NCBI GenBank assembly: GCA_026776125.1
Contig: GCA_026776125.1_4343.1
Direction: 5' to 3' (one strand)
DNA: 44,578 bases
Source of the DNA: a phage
The notes beneath the pieces are model-generated. The model was not told the DNA's origin. It did no database searches and saw only the letters and a program-made list of their open reading frames with translations. Below are positions 1 to 10,036 of the stretch, piece after piece (positions within the stretch are counted from its first letter, which is position 1; each line of letters begins with the position of its first letter). The translations under genes were made by a program, and so were the position numbers.

Positions 1-12
1 AAAAAAAAAATA

Positions 13-30
13 AGGCCCGAAAGGGCCTTA
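13..30. terminator. GC-rich hairpin (ggccc-gaaa-gggcc) flanked by A10 and T-rich run; putative bidirectional terminator
   Basis: Inverted repeat read directly in sequence; sits at 3' end of minus-strand gene 28..999. Confidence 0.45.
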
Positions 31-999
31 TTTATGCGGAACTTTAGGCTTCACTCCGTCCCTACAAAGGGCCAAAATCTCTGGAATTATCTTAGGGTCT
101 GAGGTTAGCATCCACTCCGTGGATCCGTCGAAGCTGCCATAGCCCCACTCATTCGACGCTATTTTGTAAGTGTTATGGAAATACACTTCTAGCATTCGTA
201 TTTTTGCGCCGTTATCGTCGCGATGAATGCCAAGCACTTCGAAACCAAAGGGGGTAGCGTTACGCAGGTGACGTATCCGCTGTTTAGGCCTGTTTGATAT
301 CCCTATCTTCACGAATCGGCCGCATTCACTAAGTAACGCATAGAGGAACCCAGTTTTATTAGGGTCGTACCCGCTAGAGGCACATCCAGGACATCCTTGA
401 TTCTGATGAATGATATCTGCTATTCGCTGGCTAAACTCACCATGGATATCGCAAAGCCGCACCGCTTTGCTATACTGATTCTTATACCCTCCTTCGAAGC
501 GCAAGAACTTCCACTTATCACTCACGGCGTAAATCTGCGAGATGCGTTCCTCCTCTGAGTATGAAGGTCTTCCCGCGCAACTAGGACACCCATGTTCCTT
601 ACTAATTGCGTTAGCTATCAAAGTGTCGAACTCCCCGTGTTCGGGACAGAGCCTACGTACCTTAGAATAGGCGTTTCGATAGCCGTTAGGAAATCCTACA
701 AAACTGTATTGCGGGGCTACCTTAGCTAGTTCCTCTACTACATTGCTCTCAGGTTTTCGCTGTTTGCTTGATGAAGATTCTTTTCCACACCTAGGGCACC
801 CAATACCTTTTTTAATACTAGCGGCCGTTGCCGAGAAAGCCCCATGTTCGCGGCAAAATAGGGTTATCTTACTAAACGCACCTGTATACCCCGCACCATC
901 GTCCAACAACTCGTATTTACCGCCGTGGTTGGCTAAATCAGCTAATATCCTCTCGCGGCGCTCAGGCCATAGTATTTTCCGGCACATAATCAACCTCAA
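28..999 (-). CDS. Homing-endonuclease-like protein: three tandem zinc-ribbon repeats plus C-terminal T5orf172/GIY-YIG-like domain
   Basis: Three ~47-aa repeats each with LC.EHGEF...GCPxC pattern; C-terminal GFLYALLSECGRFVKIGISNRPKQR resembles T5orf172/GIY-YIG-type motif. Confidence 0.5.
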   Translation of the reverse strand: MRLIMCRKILWPERRERILADLANHGGKYELLDDGAGYTGAFSKITLFCREHGAFSATAASIKKGIGCPRCGKESSSSKQRKPESNVVEELAKVAPQYSFVGFPNGYRNAYSKVRRLCPEHGEFDTLIANAISKEHGCPSCAGRPSYSEEERISQIYAVSDKWKFLRFEGGYKNQYSKAVRLCDIHGEFSQRIADIIHQNQGCPGCASSGYDPNKTGFLYALLSECGRFVKIGISNRPKQRIRHLRNATPFGFEVLGIHRDDNGAKIRMLEVYFHNTYKIASNEWGYGSFDGSTEWMLTSDPKIIPEILALCRDGVKPKVPHK

Positions 1000-1132
1000 T
1001 AAAGAGTATTAACTAGTATACTATTCAACCATGGGGCCCGGGTCAACATAAACGTCGTGATGTTACGCCCCCTCCATGGTAGCATTGGCTTAAAGTTATT
1101 GCGATGGTATCCAATCTACCGGGGTTTAAATA

Positions 1133-2530
1133 ATGAGCGACTTATACTTTCCACGTAGCCTTAAGCCGGTGGTATCAAAAGGCTACTCAATGACCAGACG
1201 TAACAACGTCTGGAGTGTAGATTTAGCCGGTGGCGGGGTGCGTCAGGGCCGTGACACGTATTATGATGTGTTCCCAATAAGCGTAACCCTGATTACATCC
1301 GCAATGGGGCGGCAGGCGTTTCTGTCGTTCCTCGAGAAAGTCGATGGTGGCGCGTCAAGTTTCTGGATGGCGCACGACTTCGGCATGGGTATTGAGGATT
1401 ATCAAGTCACCATTACATCCACCGTCGCCGAGTCCACTGAAGACGGGATTAACTGGACAATTACTTTCACGGCAACCGCTGAGAAATCGCCGTTCCAGAA
1501 CCTGGAGAACCAGTGCCTGATTAACAATCTGCCAGATTTGTATGGTTGTTATGGGGATTGTCTGGGTAGTTTCCTGAAAATATACGCGAACTATGAGACA
1601 ACGTTCCCGCGCATCTGGAGCAATGAAGAGCCTGCCGGGTATCCACCGATTAACCTTCTGGCGTCGACTCTTGATAGCCGCATTGTGTATGACGCGCCGC
1701 AGGTTTATTACATCAACCGCAACGGCAATCTTGTGCAGTCCGCCGCTAATGAATGGCCTCTTACGTTTATTGATGGGGTTGCTGTTGGACGTGTTCCGCC
1801 GGAATCCGCGTCCAGTAATATCCTGATTAAATCGTCGAAATTATCTGACGCATCGTGGACTAAAACTAGAGCAACAGTGTCGGATGCAGTTGACGGATTT
1901 CTAAACGGTGGTACGTTCTCGCTAGTCCCGAACCAGACAAACGACCGCCATCTCGTATATCAATCGGTGTCTTCCGCTTTTGCGGAGGGTGATGTATACA
2001 CTCTCAGTTACGTTGCTAAGGCATATGGTTATAATTATGCGAGACTTCGCGCCGCTGATGATGCTGGGTTTATCGCGGATTGTGTTGCTAACTTATCGAC
2101 AGGGGTTATTTACGCAGGCGCCCTCGGCAGCGATATAGCAGAGCTTGGCGATGGTTGGTATCGATTTACAGAAACGGTAGCTATACGCCAGGGCGGCGCA
2201 TCTTCTCTGCTTTTAGCGTCACGGGTGTACAACAACTCCGCCGTTGGTTCATTTGTCGGTGACGGGGTTAGTGGGATATTAGTGTGCGCGATGCAAATAG
2301 AAAAATCACCTTTTGCCACGTCGCCAATAGTAACCGAATCGTCACCGGTAACCCGAACGACGGCATCGGCAAAAGTAGTAATGAACGGTGCAACAAGCAT
2401 TGATATTACATATTCAGACGGCTCTGTGGTAAACGTTCAGTCTGTTGACGGTTACGCCACCATCCCCCAAGCGAATTCTGCGTGGGGTAGTAAATATATC
2501 ACTCGTATCGACTTTAATGTGGACGGTTAA
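1133..2530 (+). CDS. Putative tail structural protein (distal tail / minor tail)
   Basis: 465-aa ORF with ATG start, first of a co-directional block that would follow the tape measure gene if window is circularly joined; no enzymatic motifs. Confidence 0.35.
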   Translation: MSDLYFPRSLKPVVSKGYSMTRRNNVWSVDLAGGGVRQGRDTYYDVFPISVTLITSAMGRQAFLSFLEKVDGGASSFWMAHDFGMGIEDYQVTITSTVAESTEDGINWTITFTATAEKSPFQNLENQCLINNLPDLYGCYGDCLGSFLKIYANYETTFPRIWSNEEPAGYPPINLLASTLDSRIVYDAPQVYYINRNGNLVQSAANEWPLTFIDGVAVGRVPPESASSNILIKSSKLSDASWTKTRATVSDAVDGFLNGGTFSLVPNQTNDRHLVYQSVSSAFAEGDVYTLSYVAKAYGYNYARLRAADDAGFIADCVANLSTGVIYAGALGSDIAELGDGWYRFTETVAIRQGGASSLLLASRVYNNSAVGSFVGDGVSGILVCAMQIEKSPFATSPIVTESSPVTRTTASAKVVMNGATSIDITYSDGSVVNVQSVDGYATIPQANSAWGSKYITRIDFNVDG

Positions 2531-2533
2531 TTT

Positions 2534-3049
2534 ATGAGTCAGGAATCAGTAGAAGCAGCCTATCGCCGTAAGCTGGCCTCAAACCCCGACGGCGAGATGG
2601 ACTACATTACGTTACAAATCAGCCACCCGTTGCTGTCGAAGACGTACTATCTTGTGCGCGGGCTACAGGAACTTACGGCAACACTGGAGACAGGCGAAAC
2701 TATCACATTCGAACCTACCCCGATGGAGGCGTCGGGGGCGGCTAACAACAGTGATATGGACCAGACGACAACATTCACTCTGCCGGATATTCTCAATCAA
2801 CTGGATGATGAGATGGATAAAATCCCGATGAGTAATACCGAGTTACCGAAGTTCATATTCCGCCGTTACGTCAGCACTGACCTGTCTTACCCGGCTGACG
2901 GCCCTGTCGTGTACGAGTTACAGGCCATTAATCAGGAGAAGGGCGAGTTCTCCGCGGATGTTGGTACACCTATGCTGAACCAGCGAAGCACTGGTATACT
3001 GATGACACCTAAAGAGATACCGTTATTACGCGGCCTGTTGACCACATGA
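2534..3049 (+). CDS. Putative minor tail protein
   Basis: 171-aa ORF tightly packed after 1133..2530; position in tail block. Confidence 0.3.
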   Translation: MSQESVEAAYRRKLASNPDGEMDYITLQISHPLLSKTYYLVRGLQELTATLETGETITFEPTPMEASGAANNSDMDQTTTFTLPDILNQLDDEMDKIPMSNTELPKFIFRRYVSTDLSYPADGPVVYELQAINQEKGEFSADVGTPMLNQRSTGILMTPKEIPLLRGLLTT

Positions 3050-3411
3050 ATATTAACGACTACACGGGCATACCTTACGACTTTCGCAAGCGCAATTGCT
3101 GGCATCACGTTCGCATTGTACGGGCCGATGCCGGGTTAGAAACCCCGGCGTTCGACGTTACAAGCCCAACGGCGATTAACGAAGCGTTCGACGAAGGCCA
3201 TCGTGACACGAAGGGGCTTACAAAAATTGATAAGCCTGAAAACTTCTGTGCGGTTCTTATGGGGTATCGCCGTGGCGGTCGTATCGTGTGGCACGCGGGA
3301 GTTTACTTCGACGGGATGGTGAGTCATTGCGAGCTTGCGTCCCGTCAGGTACGACTTGACCGGCTGGCGGACCTCAGAGACACGTACACGGAGATTGAAT
3401 TTTGGCGATAA
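3046..3411 (+). CDS. Putative minor tail protein
   Basis: 121-aa ORF with ATGA overlap to upstream gene; synteny only. Confidence 0.3.
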   Translation: MNINDYTGIPYDFRKRNCWHHVRIVRADAGLETPAFDVTSPTAINEAFDEGHRDTKGLTKIDKPENFCAVLMGYRRGGRIVWHAGVYFDGMVSHCELASRQVRLDRLADLRDTYTEIEFWR

Positions 3412-5969
3412 TCCTGCACTACACGCGAAACGCTGAAGGCGCTTTCGACCGTACAAAACACGTCGGGATGCCGATAGATTTTGTCGTTAACCATATTCCT
3501 GACGGCGTGCCTGTGCGCGTCTATCTCGGTGAGATTGGCGATGATACTGATGTTACAGACGACTTCAATGCGCTCAAAGACGAGGACGCCGTGTACCACA
3601 TTATCGAGGGTGCAGGCGGTGGTATCGGCGACGCTATCGGTAGTGTATTCAGTTTCATCCTTAAGCCAATTGCCAAATTGTTCGGGCTAGACACAGCAGC
3701 TAACGCTAATTATTCCGCTACCAACAATCAGGCTACGTCGCCTAACAACAGTCTTACTGACCGCTCGAACAAGCCACGTCCTTATGAACGTTCTTATGAC
3801 ATCTGCGGGACAGTGCAGACTATACCCAATGACCTGATGCAGACGTATAAGGTGTTTAACGCCACGGGGGCGCTTATTGAATATGCGTACTATGACGCCG
3901 GTCGAGGGTATCTGCATATTGAGGAAGACGGTGTAACTGAGGCAGATACCCGAATCAGCGAGATAACTGGCTCGTCGGCGGCGGTGTATTCCCCTTACAC
4001 TTCGCCGAATAACACCAGCACACCACAATTGCATATCGGCGGCCCTATAGACCAGAAATTGTACGTTACATTTAAAAACGCCGATGTCGATGGCGCTGTT
4101 CTTCCCGCCCCTAATGATATCGCTATAGACGTGCAGGACTACACTGTCCAGCGGCAGGGAACAACCGGCGTTGTAGTAGGCGATGACGCTGGTTTCGATG
4201 AGTTTTTGGCGGTCGGGGACCTGGCATACTTCGATAACGTATATGCAGATACAACCCCAGGGTCTTTGGGTAATGAGGTTAACCTGGACGGGAGGTACAC
4301 GGTTCTTTCTGTTAGTGAAACGACCCTTATTGTGGACGTCAGTACAAATCAATCAATATGGAACCAGCTAGGAACATCTGTATGGTTTATAGGTGAAGAG
4401 GGCAACCATCTTATAGGCCCGGCGGATACTTACGCGGCTTCCCTCTCTGGATGGGCGTACATCACCCGTGGAACCGTCGACCGTGTTGTAGCCAATGTGG
4501 CTGCCAGCAACGGCATGTACAAATACAACGGCGACTATAACCGCGCTTCAGTGACAGTCGAACTGCAATACCAGATGGTAGATGAATTGAAACAGCCTGT
4601 AGGTGACATATTTACCGTACGAGGAACCGTAACAGGCCGGAACACGGATTACACAGGGATTACTCTTTACGGAAGTTTACCAACTGCTTCCAGATTCCGC
4701 GCCCGTATGCGTCGTGTTTCGGACACCGATAAAGATTTTGAAGGTACTGTTAGCGACGAGGTTACTTTCACTAATCTATATGGGCAGTCGCTGGACACAA
4801 CCCCCCACTACGGCAACCGTACTACCGTACACTGCGCCCGTAAACAAACCCCACGTGCAGCCGAGGTGTCCGAACCGGAACTGCGCATGATTGCAACCGA
4901 GATGTGCTACAAATACTTAGGTAACGGCGTATTCGATACGGTAATGACACCGAACACTCAGGCCGTGCAGTCGCTAATCAGGCTGGCGCGCGACCCGGCG
5001 GTGGGTAATCTGGAGCTGACAACAGCAAACATGGACAAGTTACTTGCGGTGCAGGAAGAGATTGAGTCATATTTTGGCAGTGAATTAGCCGGGCAGTTCT
5101 GCTACACATTCGACGACTACGACACAACCATGCAAGACATCGTTCAGACCATCGCGGAAGCCGTGTTTTGTACGGCATACCGTAAAGGTGCTGATATTAT
5201 GCTGCGATTCGACCGTCCTGTTGCGGGGCCTGAGATGGTTTTCACCCACCGCAGCAAAACGACCGGTACGGAGAAATGGACGCGCACGTTCAACGATTCG
5301 ACAACCTACGATAGCCTGTCGTTCTCGTACATTGACCCGGATACAAACGTACAGGAGACGATTTATATCCCGGAAGAACTCGGCGCGAACACCGAGGAGT
5401 ACGAATCGAAGGGTGTACGTAACTATCAGCAAGCGTACTGGCTGGCGTGGCGTCGCTACCAGCGCAACACGTTAAGTAAAGTTGTCGTAGAGTTCGAAGC
5501 TACCGAAGAAGGCGCTCTCGCTACTCCCGGCGGCGTAATCAGTGTGGTTAAAGGCTCGCGTATCGCGCCGCAGGATGGTTATGTTGTTGCCGTCAATGGC
5601 CTTACGCTGACGCTGTCTCAGCCTGTTACGTTTACTCCTGGTGATGACCATTCCATCATTCTTAAGAAGCGCGACGGCTCTGTGCAGAGTATTTCTGTTA
5701 TCAAAGGAAGCCACGACCGCGAAGTGATTATGCTCTCCGCGCCGGAGGAGGCAATCTACACGGGGAATAGTGCGCTAAAAACTGAGTTTTCATTCGGCAA
5801 CGAAGCAAGGCATAATGCTCAGAAGATAGTTGTTTCTTCAATCGACCCCAGCGACGACCGCACGGTCAAGATTACGGGCTACAACTATGATGACGGATTC
5901 TATAAATACGACGGCGTCGCGCCATACGGCAGCGGTTTCTCCGACGGATTCAGCAATGGTTTTAATTAA
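3402..5969 (+). CDS. Putative tail tip / central tail fibre protein
   Basis: 855-aa ORF (TTG at 3402; an internal ATG about 60 nt downstream is an alternative start); large S/T/G-rich structural-looking protein. Confidence 0.35.
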   Translation: MAIILHYTRNAEGAFDRTKHVGMPIDFVVNHIPDGVPVRVYLGEIGDDTDVTDDFNALKDEDAVYHIIEGAGGGIGDAIGSVFSFILKPIAKLFGLDTAANANYSATNNQATSPNNSLTDRSNKPRPYERSYDICGTVQTIPNDLMQTYKVFNATGALIEYAYYDAGRGYLHIEEDGVTEADTRISEITGSSAAVYSPYTSPNNTSTPQLHIGGPIDQKLYVTFKNADVDGAVLPAPNDIAIDVQDYTVQRQGTTGVVVGDDAGFDEFLAVGDLAYFDNVYADTTPGSLGNEVNLDGRYTVLSVSETTLIVDVSTNQSIWNQLGTSVWFIGEEGNHLIGPADTYAASLSGWAYITRGTVDRVVANVAASNGMYKYNGDYNRASVTVELQYQMVDELKQPVGDIFTVRGTVTGRNTDYTGITLYGSLPTASRFRARMRRVSDTDKDFEGTVSDEVTFTNLYGQSLDTTPHYGNRTTVHCARKQTPRAAEVSEPELRMIATEMCYKYLGNGVFDTVMTPNTQAVQSLIRLARDPAVGNLELTTANMDKLLAVQEEIESYFGSELAGQFCYTFDDYDTTMQDIVQTIAEAVFCTAYRKGADIMLRFDRPVAGPEMVFTHRSKTTGTEKWTRTFNDSTTYDSLSFSYIDPDTNVQETIYIPEELGANTEEYESKGVRNYQQAYWLAWRRYQRNTLSKVVVEFEATEEGALATPGGVISVVKGSRIAPQDGYVVAVNGLTLTLSQPVTFTPGDDHSIILKKRDGSVQSISVIKGSHDREVIMLSAPEEAIYTGNSALKTEFSFGNEARHNAQKIVVSSIDPSDDRTVKITGYNYDDGFYKYDGVAPYGSGFSDGFSNGFN

Positions 5970-5981
5970 AGAGGACTCTAT

Positions 5982-7967
5982 ATGTCAAGCGGATGCGGTG
6001 ACGTTTTAAGCCTGGCGGATTTACAAACCGCCAAGAAACACCAAATTTTTGAAGCCGAGGTTATCACCGGTAAATCCGGCGGGGTTGCTGGTGGCGCCGA
6101 TATTGATTACGCGACCAACCCTGTTACCGGGCAGACCCAGAAGACGCTTCCTGCTGTGTTGCGTGATGCCGGTTTTTCTCCCGTATCGTGGGACTTTTCC
6201 ACCGGCGGTACGTTAACAGTTAATGACCGCGACAAAGTGGTGTATGACCCCGTAAGCAAGACGTGGTACTCATATGCGGGTACGTTGCCGGTTGTTGTTC
6301 CCGCGAGTTTTAATCCAGTCGGTAACGCTAACTGGAAGCCGCAGACAGACCCAAATTTGCGTAATGATTTGGCGTCAAGTACCGCCGGTTTAGGGGCTTC
6401 ACTGGTGTCTTTTTCCAACGGTAACACCGTTGAAACATTATCTGACGCGGAAGGTGCCAAGAACATAGGCAGTGGCGAAAGGAGTTTGCTTGCACGTAAC
6501 AATGATATTAAGCATTCTGGCGACTTTTCTACCCTTCAAGCCGCGGTAGATGCGTCGTTAACTAAAAACGACTTAATTGTTTCTCCGGGTGAGTATACAG
6601 AAGCAATCACTCTGGGTAGTAAGCAGATAAAAGGTGTAGGTGGTGCTGCAATATTAAAACCATCGGCAAACTATGCAAATACTGTACAGGTTAATTTATC
6701 CACCCCGCACTGGCAGTTTCGACACAGCGGTGGTTTTGCCGTAGATGGTACAGGTACAACTGGGGCCGTAGGTATTAGTTTTGACCCGTCAGACCAATAT
6801 TCCGGACGTCATAATTTTAGTGATTTATACATCCACAACATCAACAAGGCCATTCAGAAGCCTTCCGGGAACATCGGCAATACGTGGAGAAGTATTGGGG
6901 TATCTACGTGTGATTGGGGGTATTACGCGATTAGTGGCTCGAAGATGCATTGCGGGGCCGATACCCTCTACAATATCCACTTCGACGGCATCTCCACCTA
7001 TGCCGTCTACCTAAACGGTACTGTCGATAACGGTGGGATAGGCGGATGGTGGCTTAAAGACTCCATTATTGAGGCTTCCGGAGGCGGCGGGATATACTTA
7101 AAAAGCAAATCGGGTGACTGTCCTCCATCTCCATGCGGGGTATCCAATGTATGGATGGAAGCTATTGCAACATCATCGGCTGTTCAGGTAGATGGCGTGG
7201 CGCAAAAACCGCGAGTTCTCAAGTTGGTAGACACCGCGATATTCTTTGCTGAGTATTCTTATCTCAACAACATCGAGCTATCCAACTCCAACTTAGTAAC
7301 TTATGGTTGCCGTTTTGACAACGCTGATGGTAATCAGGATATTGTAGTGGATGCACAAAGCACCATTGTAGCCCACGATGTGTATTTAAACGGCAGTTCT
7401 GGAAAGGACGTTATTGTAGAGTCTGTCGCGTCGCAATCCGCAACGGTAGCCACTACAAACTTGTCTCTACGAGGAAATTTAACAAGGGGACGAGTGTTTA
7501 ATACGCCGACGGGGAATAAGTTAAAAGCTATCACATTTGACTCAGGTAGCCATAGTTTTTCTGGTAGCGGTACCGTTAACGGTTCGACTGTATCTGACGG
7601 ACTTCACGCCGCTACATGTACCGAATTTTCATTCCCTGGGTCCGGTTTATATGAAATGGTAGCGTCAAGAACGACACTTACATCCGGTAGATGGTACGTG
7701 TGGGGTGTCAACTCTCGCCTCCAATCAGGAACAGCAGATGTGAGTATAACGTTAGGTATTACTATGGGTAGCGTTTATACTAAGTCTGGTGAGTGGATTA
7801 GCACATTTGGGGTGGGTAAAGCTTCCGCTAACGGTATTGTAGGTCTGTACGTCTCTACTGGGGGAGGTTCAGGTGCTGTTATCAGATTTAGTGACTTCTT
7901 CATCGCTGAGTTTACGACGCAGGCTCAGGCTTTAGCTTTCGCTAACTCCCGAATGTCGTTGGCTTAA
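5982..7967 (+). CDS. Putative tail fibre / tailspike (receptor-binding) protein
   Basis: 661-aa ORF, last of tail block, Gly/Ser/Thr/Asn-rich repeats suggestive of beta-helix or fibre; followed by terminator. Confidence 0.45.
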   Translation: MSSGCGDVLSLADLQTAKKHQIFEAEVITGKSGGVAGGADIDYATNPVTGQTQKTLPAVLRDAGFSPVSWDFSTGGTLTVNDRDKVVYDPVSKTWYSYAGTLPVVVPASFNPVGNANWKPQTDPNLRNDLASSTAGLGASLVSFSNGNTVETLSDAEGAKNIGSGERSLLARNNDIKHSGDFSTLQAAVDASLTKNDLIVSPGEYTEAITLGSKQIKGVGGAAILKPSANYANTVQVNLSTPHWQFRHSGGFAVDGTGTTGAVGISFDPSDQYSGRHNFSDLYIHNINKAIQKPSGNIGNTWRSIGVSTCDWGYYAISGSKMHCGADTLYNIHFDGISTYAVYLNGTVDNGGIGGWWLKDSIIEASGGGGIYLKSKSGDCPPSPCGVSNVWMEAIATSSAVQVDGVAQKPRVLKLVDTAIFFAEYSYLNNIELSNSNLVTYGCRFDNADGNQDIVVDAQSTIVAHDVYLNGSSGKDVIVESVASQSATVATTNLSLRGNLTRGRVFNTPTGNKLKAITFDSGSHSFSGSGTVNGSTVSDGLHAATCTEFSFPGSGLYEMVASRTTLTSGRWYVWGVNSRLQSGTADVSITLGITMGSVYTKSGEWISTFGVGKASANGIVGLYVSTGGGSGAVIRFSDFFIAEFTTQAQALAFANSRMSLA

Positions 7968-7973
7968 AACTAA

Positions 7974-7996
7974 GGCCCCAAACGGGGCCTTTTCTC
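7974..7996 (+). terminator. Rho-independent terminator (ggcccc-aaac-ggggcc + TTTTCTC)
   Basis: Perfect 6-bp stem plus T-run directly after stop of 5982..7967. Confidence 0.6.
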
Positions 7997-8129
7997 TACT
8001 CTTCTGATAACTTCTCCAGTACAAACGCCAGTTGCGCATTAGCGGCGTCTCTTTGCTGACGTAGCCGCAGAACCTCTTCTTCGAGTTCCTTGATACGTTT
8101 TTGCAATGCCGGAATTGGGGCTATGATGT

Positions 8130-8615
8130 TCACGCGGTTTCTCCGTGGTTTTTATGAAATCCGTAAGCAGCTTCCGCGGCTTTACGCGCGGCAACAGCTT
8201 CTCCAAAATCATCAAACTGTCCTAGATGTATTTTTCTTCTGTCGACTTTTATCTCTGCTACCCATTTGTTTCTTCTCTTTTCCCGCCATACACCAAGAGC
8301 GCCGCTAGTATTGTTTACCCCTATCGATGCGTTGCGGCTATTTTCAGTGTTGGTAACTTTCCGCAGGTTGCATATTCGGTTATCGGTTCGAATGTGATTG
8401 ATATGGTCTATCTGTTCCTGTGGGGTAAGTGGGTTATCTGGATTGCATATGTCCCATGCTAACCGATGTGCTAGTTCTAGTTTTCCGTTTATTCGGATAC
8501 GAATGTACCCCTCCCGCGGACAAAAACATCCGGCTTTCTTTCCAACAAAACCCCTACGTTTTGTTTCGACCCATGTGAAAATACCGGTTTCAGGGTCGTA
8601 TGATACCTTGCTCAT
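8130..8615 (-). CDS. HNH homing endonuclease with AP2-like DNA-binding domain
   Basis: HNH-type region (ELAHRLAWDIC...IDHINHIRTDNRICNLR...TNTENSRN) and AP2-like segment (WVAEIKVDRRKIHLGQFDDFGEAVAARKAAEAAYG). Confidence 0.7.
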   Translation of the reverse strand: MSKVSYDPETGIFTWVETKRRGFVGKKAGCFCPREGYIRIRINGKLELAHRLAWDICNPDNPLTPQEQIDHINHIRTDNRICNLRKVTNTENSRNASIGVNNTSGALGVWREKRRNKWVAEIKVDRRKIHLGQFDDFGEAVAARKAAEAAYGFHKNHGETA

Positions 8616-10036
8616 TTCTTACTCCTACGTTTCATATAATTAAGTAGTTCGTCCTGTACAGACCTTTTCTCATCTGTACGCGTGGCGACAACTTCATCAA
8701 GAGTATCTCGGGCTATTATTTGATAAATGAATACTGACCGTTTGTACCCAGATTGCATCTGCCTTACAGGACCTATGCGTTCGATAACCTGCAGATAATG
8801 TTCCAGGTTCCACCCCTGACTCATAAAGGCCATGTGGTGCCCGCCGTGTTGTAGCGACAGCCCGTGGCCCGCGGAGGCTGGGTGTATCAGGAGCATAGGT
8901 ATTTCCCCACGGTTCCACGCTTCCATCTGCTTGTTCCCCCTAGCGCCTTTGGCGAACGCCTGTGCCTGTGGGAATCGCTTAAGGATACGCTCCAGTTCGT
9001 GTTTAAACTGATAGGCTACCAGCAACGGCGCACCCTGCAACTCCTCAACAATCGACTCGAGCGCATCCAGTTTCGTGTCGTGCACTTTCTCCCAGTCTTT
9101 GGTCGCTTCGCCATCAGGCCCAGACACATATACGGCGCCGGAAGCAATCTGCAAACACTTCGACGTCTTCGCTGCCGCGTTAGCCGCTTCAACTTCCCCG
9201 CTCTCCAGTTCCGCGAATAACTTCTCCTCCATATCGATGTACGCCTGACGCGCTTTCTTCGGCAGGTCGATTTCAACCGGCACAATAATCGGCGCTTCAC
9301 AACCGAACCACTCGGCAGGGTCGATGGTCAGGCTGATGTCTTTCATCTTCTGATGAATCTCATTATCTGCACCCGGTCGCGCATGATACTCGCGAGCCAT
9401 AGCCGATTTACCTTTCTGTACCGAGTTAAACCAGCGGTCGGTGAATGCTGTGTACGAAGAGCCGAGGCGCTCGCCAGCGTCGATAAACCAGTTCTGACCC
9501 CACAAGTCTTTGAGGCCGTTTGGTGACGGTGTGCCTGTCAGGTTGATGAAACGCTTAACCTTTCCGAACGCAACCTTGCTGAGCGCCTTTGCCCGCTTGC
9601 TACCACCCGAACGGCTGCGGAACGATTTAAGCTTCGTGCTTTCATCGGCAACGATAACCGTAAAAGGCCAGTCGTCTTTGCCGTAGTAGTCAATTAGCCA
9701 CTCGATAACTTCGTAGTTAGTGCACACCACGTTAGCGTCTGACTCCAGCGCCGCGATGCGGCGCTTCTCCGAACCGGTCGCATCGACGACACGCAGACAA
9801 GGGAAGTTCCATTTCTCTTGTTCTGCAGGCCACGTACCCGACGCAACACGCAACGGGGCGAGGATTAACACGCGGTCCTCTTCTGTAAGCTGCCCGTTGC
9901 GGAACAAGCGGTTTAACACCCACATAGTAGAGGAGGTTTTACCCCCTCCCATGCCACACCAGATATTACAGCGAGGGTGTTGCAGCATGAACGAAGTCAT
10001 GAGCTTCTGGTATTCGCGCCTTTGAAACTTACTCAT
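8612..10036 (-). CDS. SNF2-family (DEAD-like) DNA helicase
   Basis: Walker A GMGGGKT, motif II VIVADEST, SNF2 motif III LTGTPSPN. Confidence 0.75.
   Translation of the reverse strand: MSKFQRREYQKLMTSFMLQHPRCNIWCGMGGGKTSSTMWVLNRLFRNGQLTEEDRVLILAPLRVASGTWPAEQEKWNFPCLRVVDATGSEKRRIAALESDANVVCTNYEVIEWLIDYYGKDDWPFTVIVADESTKLKSFRSRSGGSKRAKALSKVAFGKVKRFINLTGTPSPNGLKDLWGQNWFIDAGERLGSSYTAFTDRWFNSVQKGKSAMAREYHARPGADNEIHQKMKDISLTIDPAEWFGCEAPIIVPVEIDLPKKARQAYIDMEEKLFAELESGEVEAANAAAKTSKCLQIASGAVYVSGPDGEATKDWEKVHDTKLDALESIVEELQGAPLLVAYQFKHELERILKRFPQAQAFAKGARGNKQMEAWNRGEIPMLLIHPASAGHGLSLQHGGHHMAFMSQGWNLEHYLQVIERIGPVRQMQSGYKRSVFIYQIIARDTLDEVVATRTDEKRSVQDELLNYMKRRSKK

Noticed and set aside
3687-4352. 221-aa minus-strand ORF inside the 855-aa tail protein gene
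   Set aside because: Overlaps the long plus-strand ORF in a co-directional structural block; Arg/Cys-rich composition and no start context.
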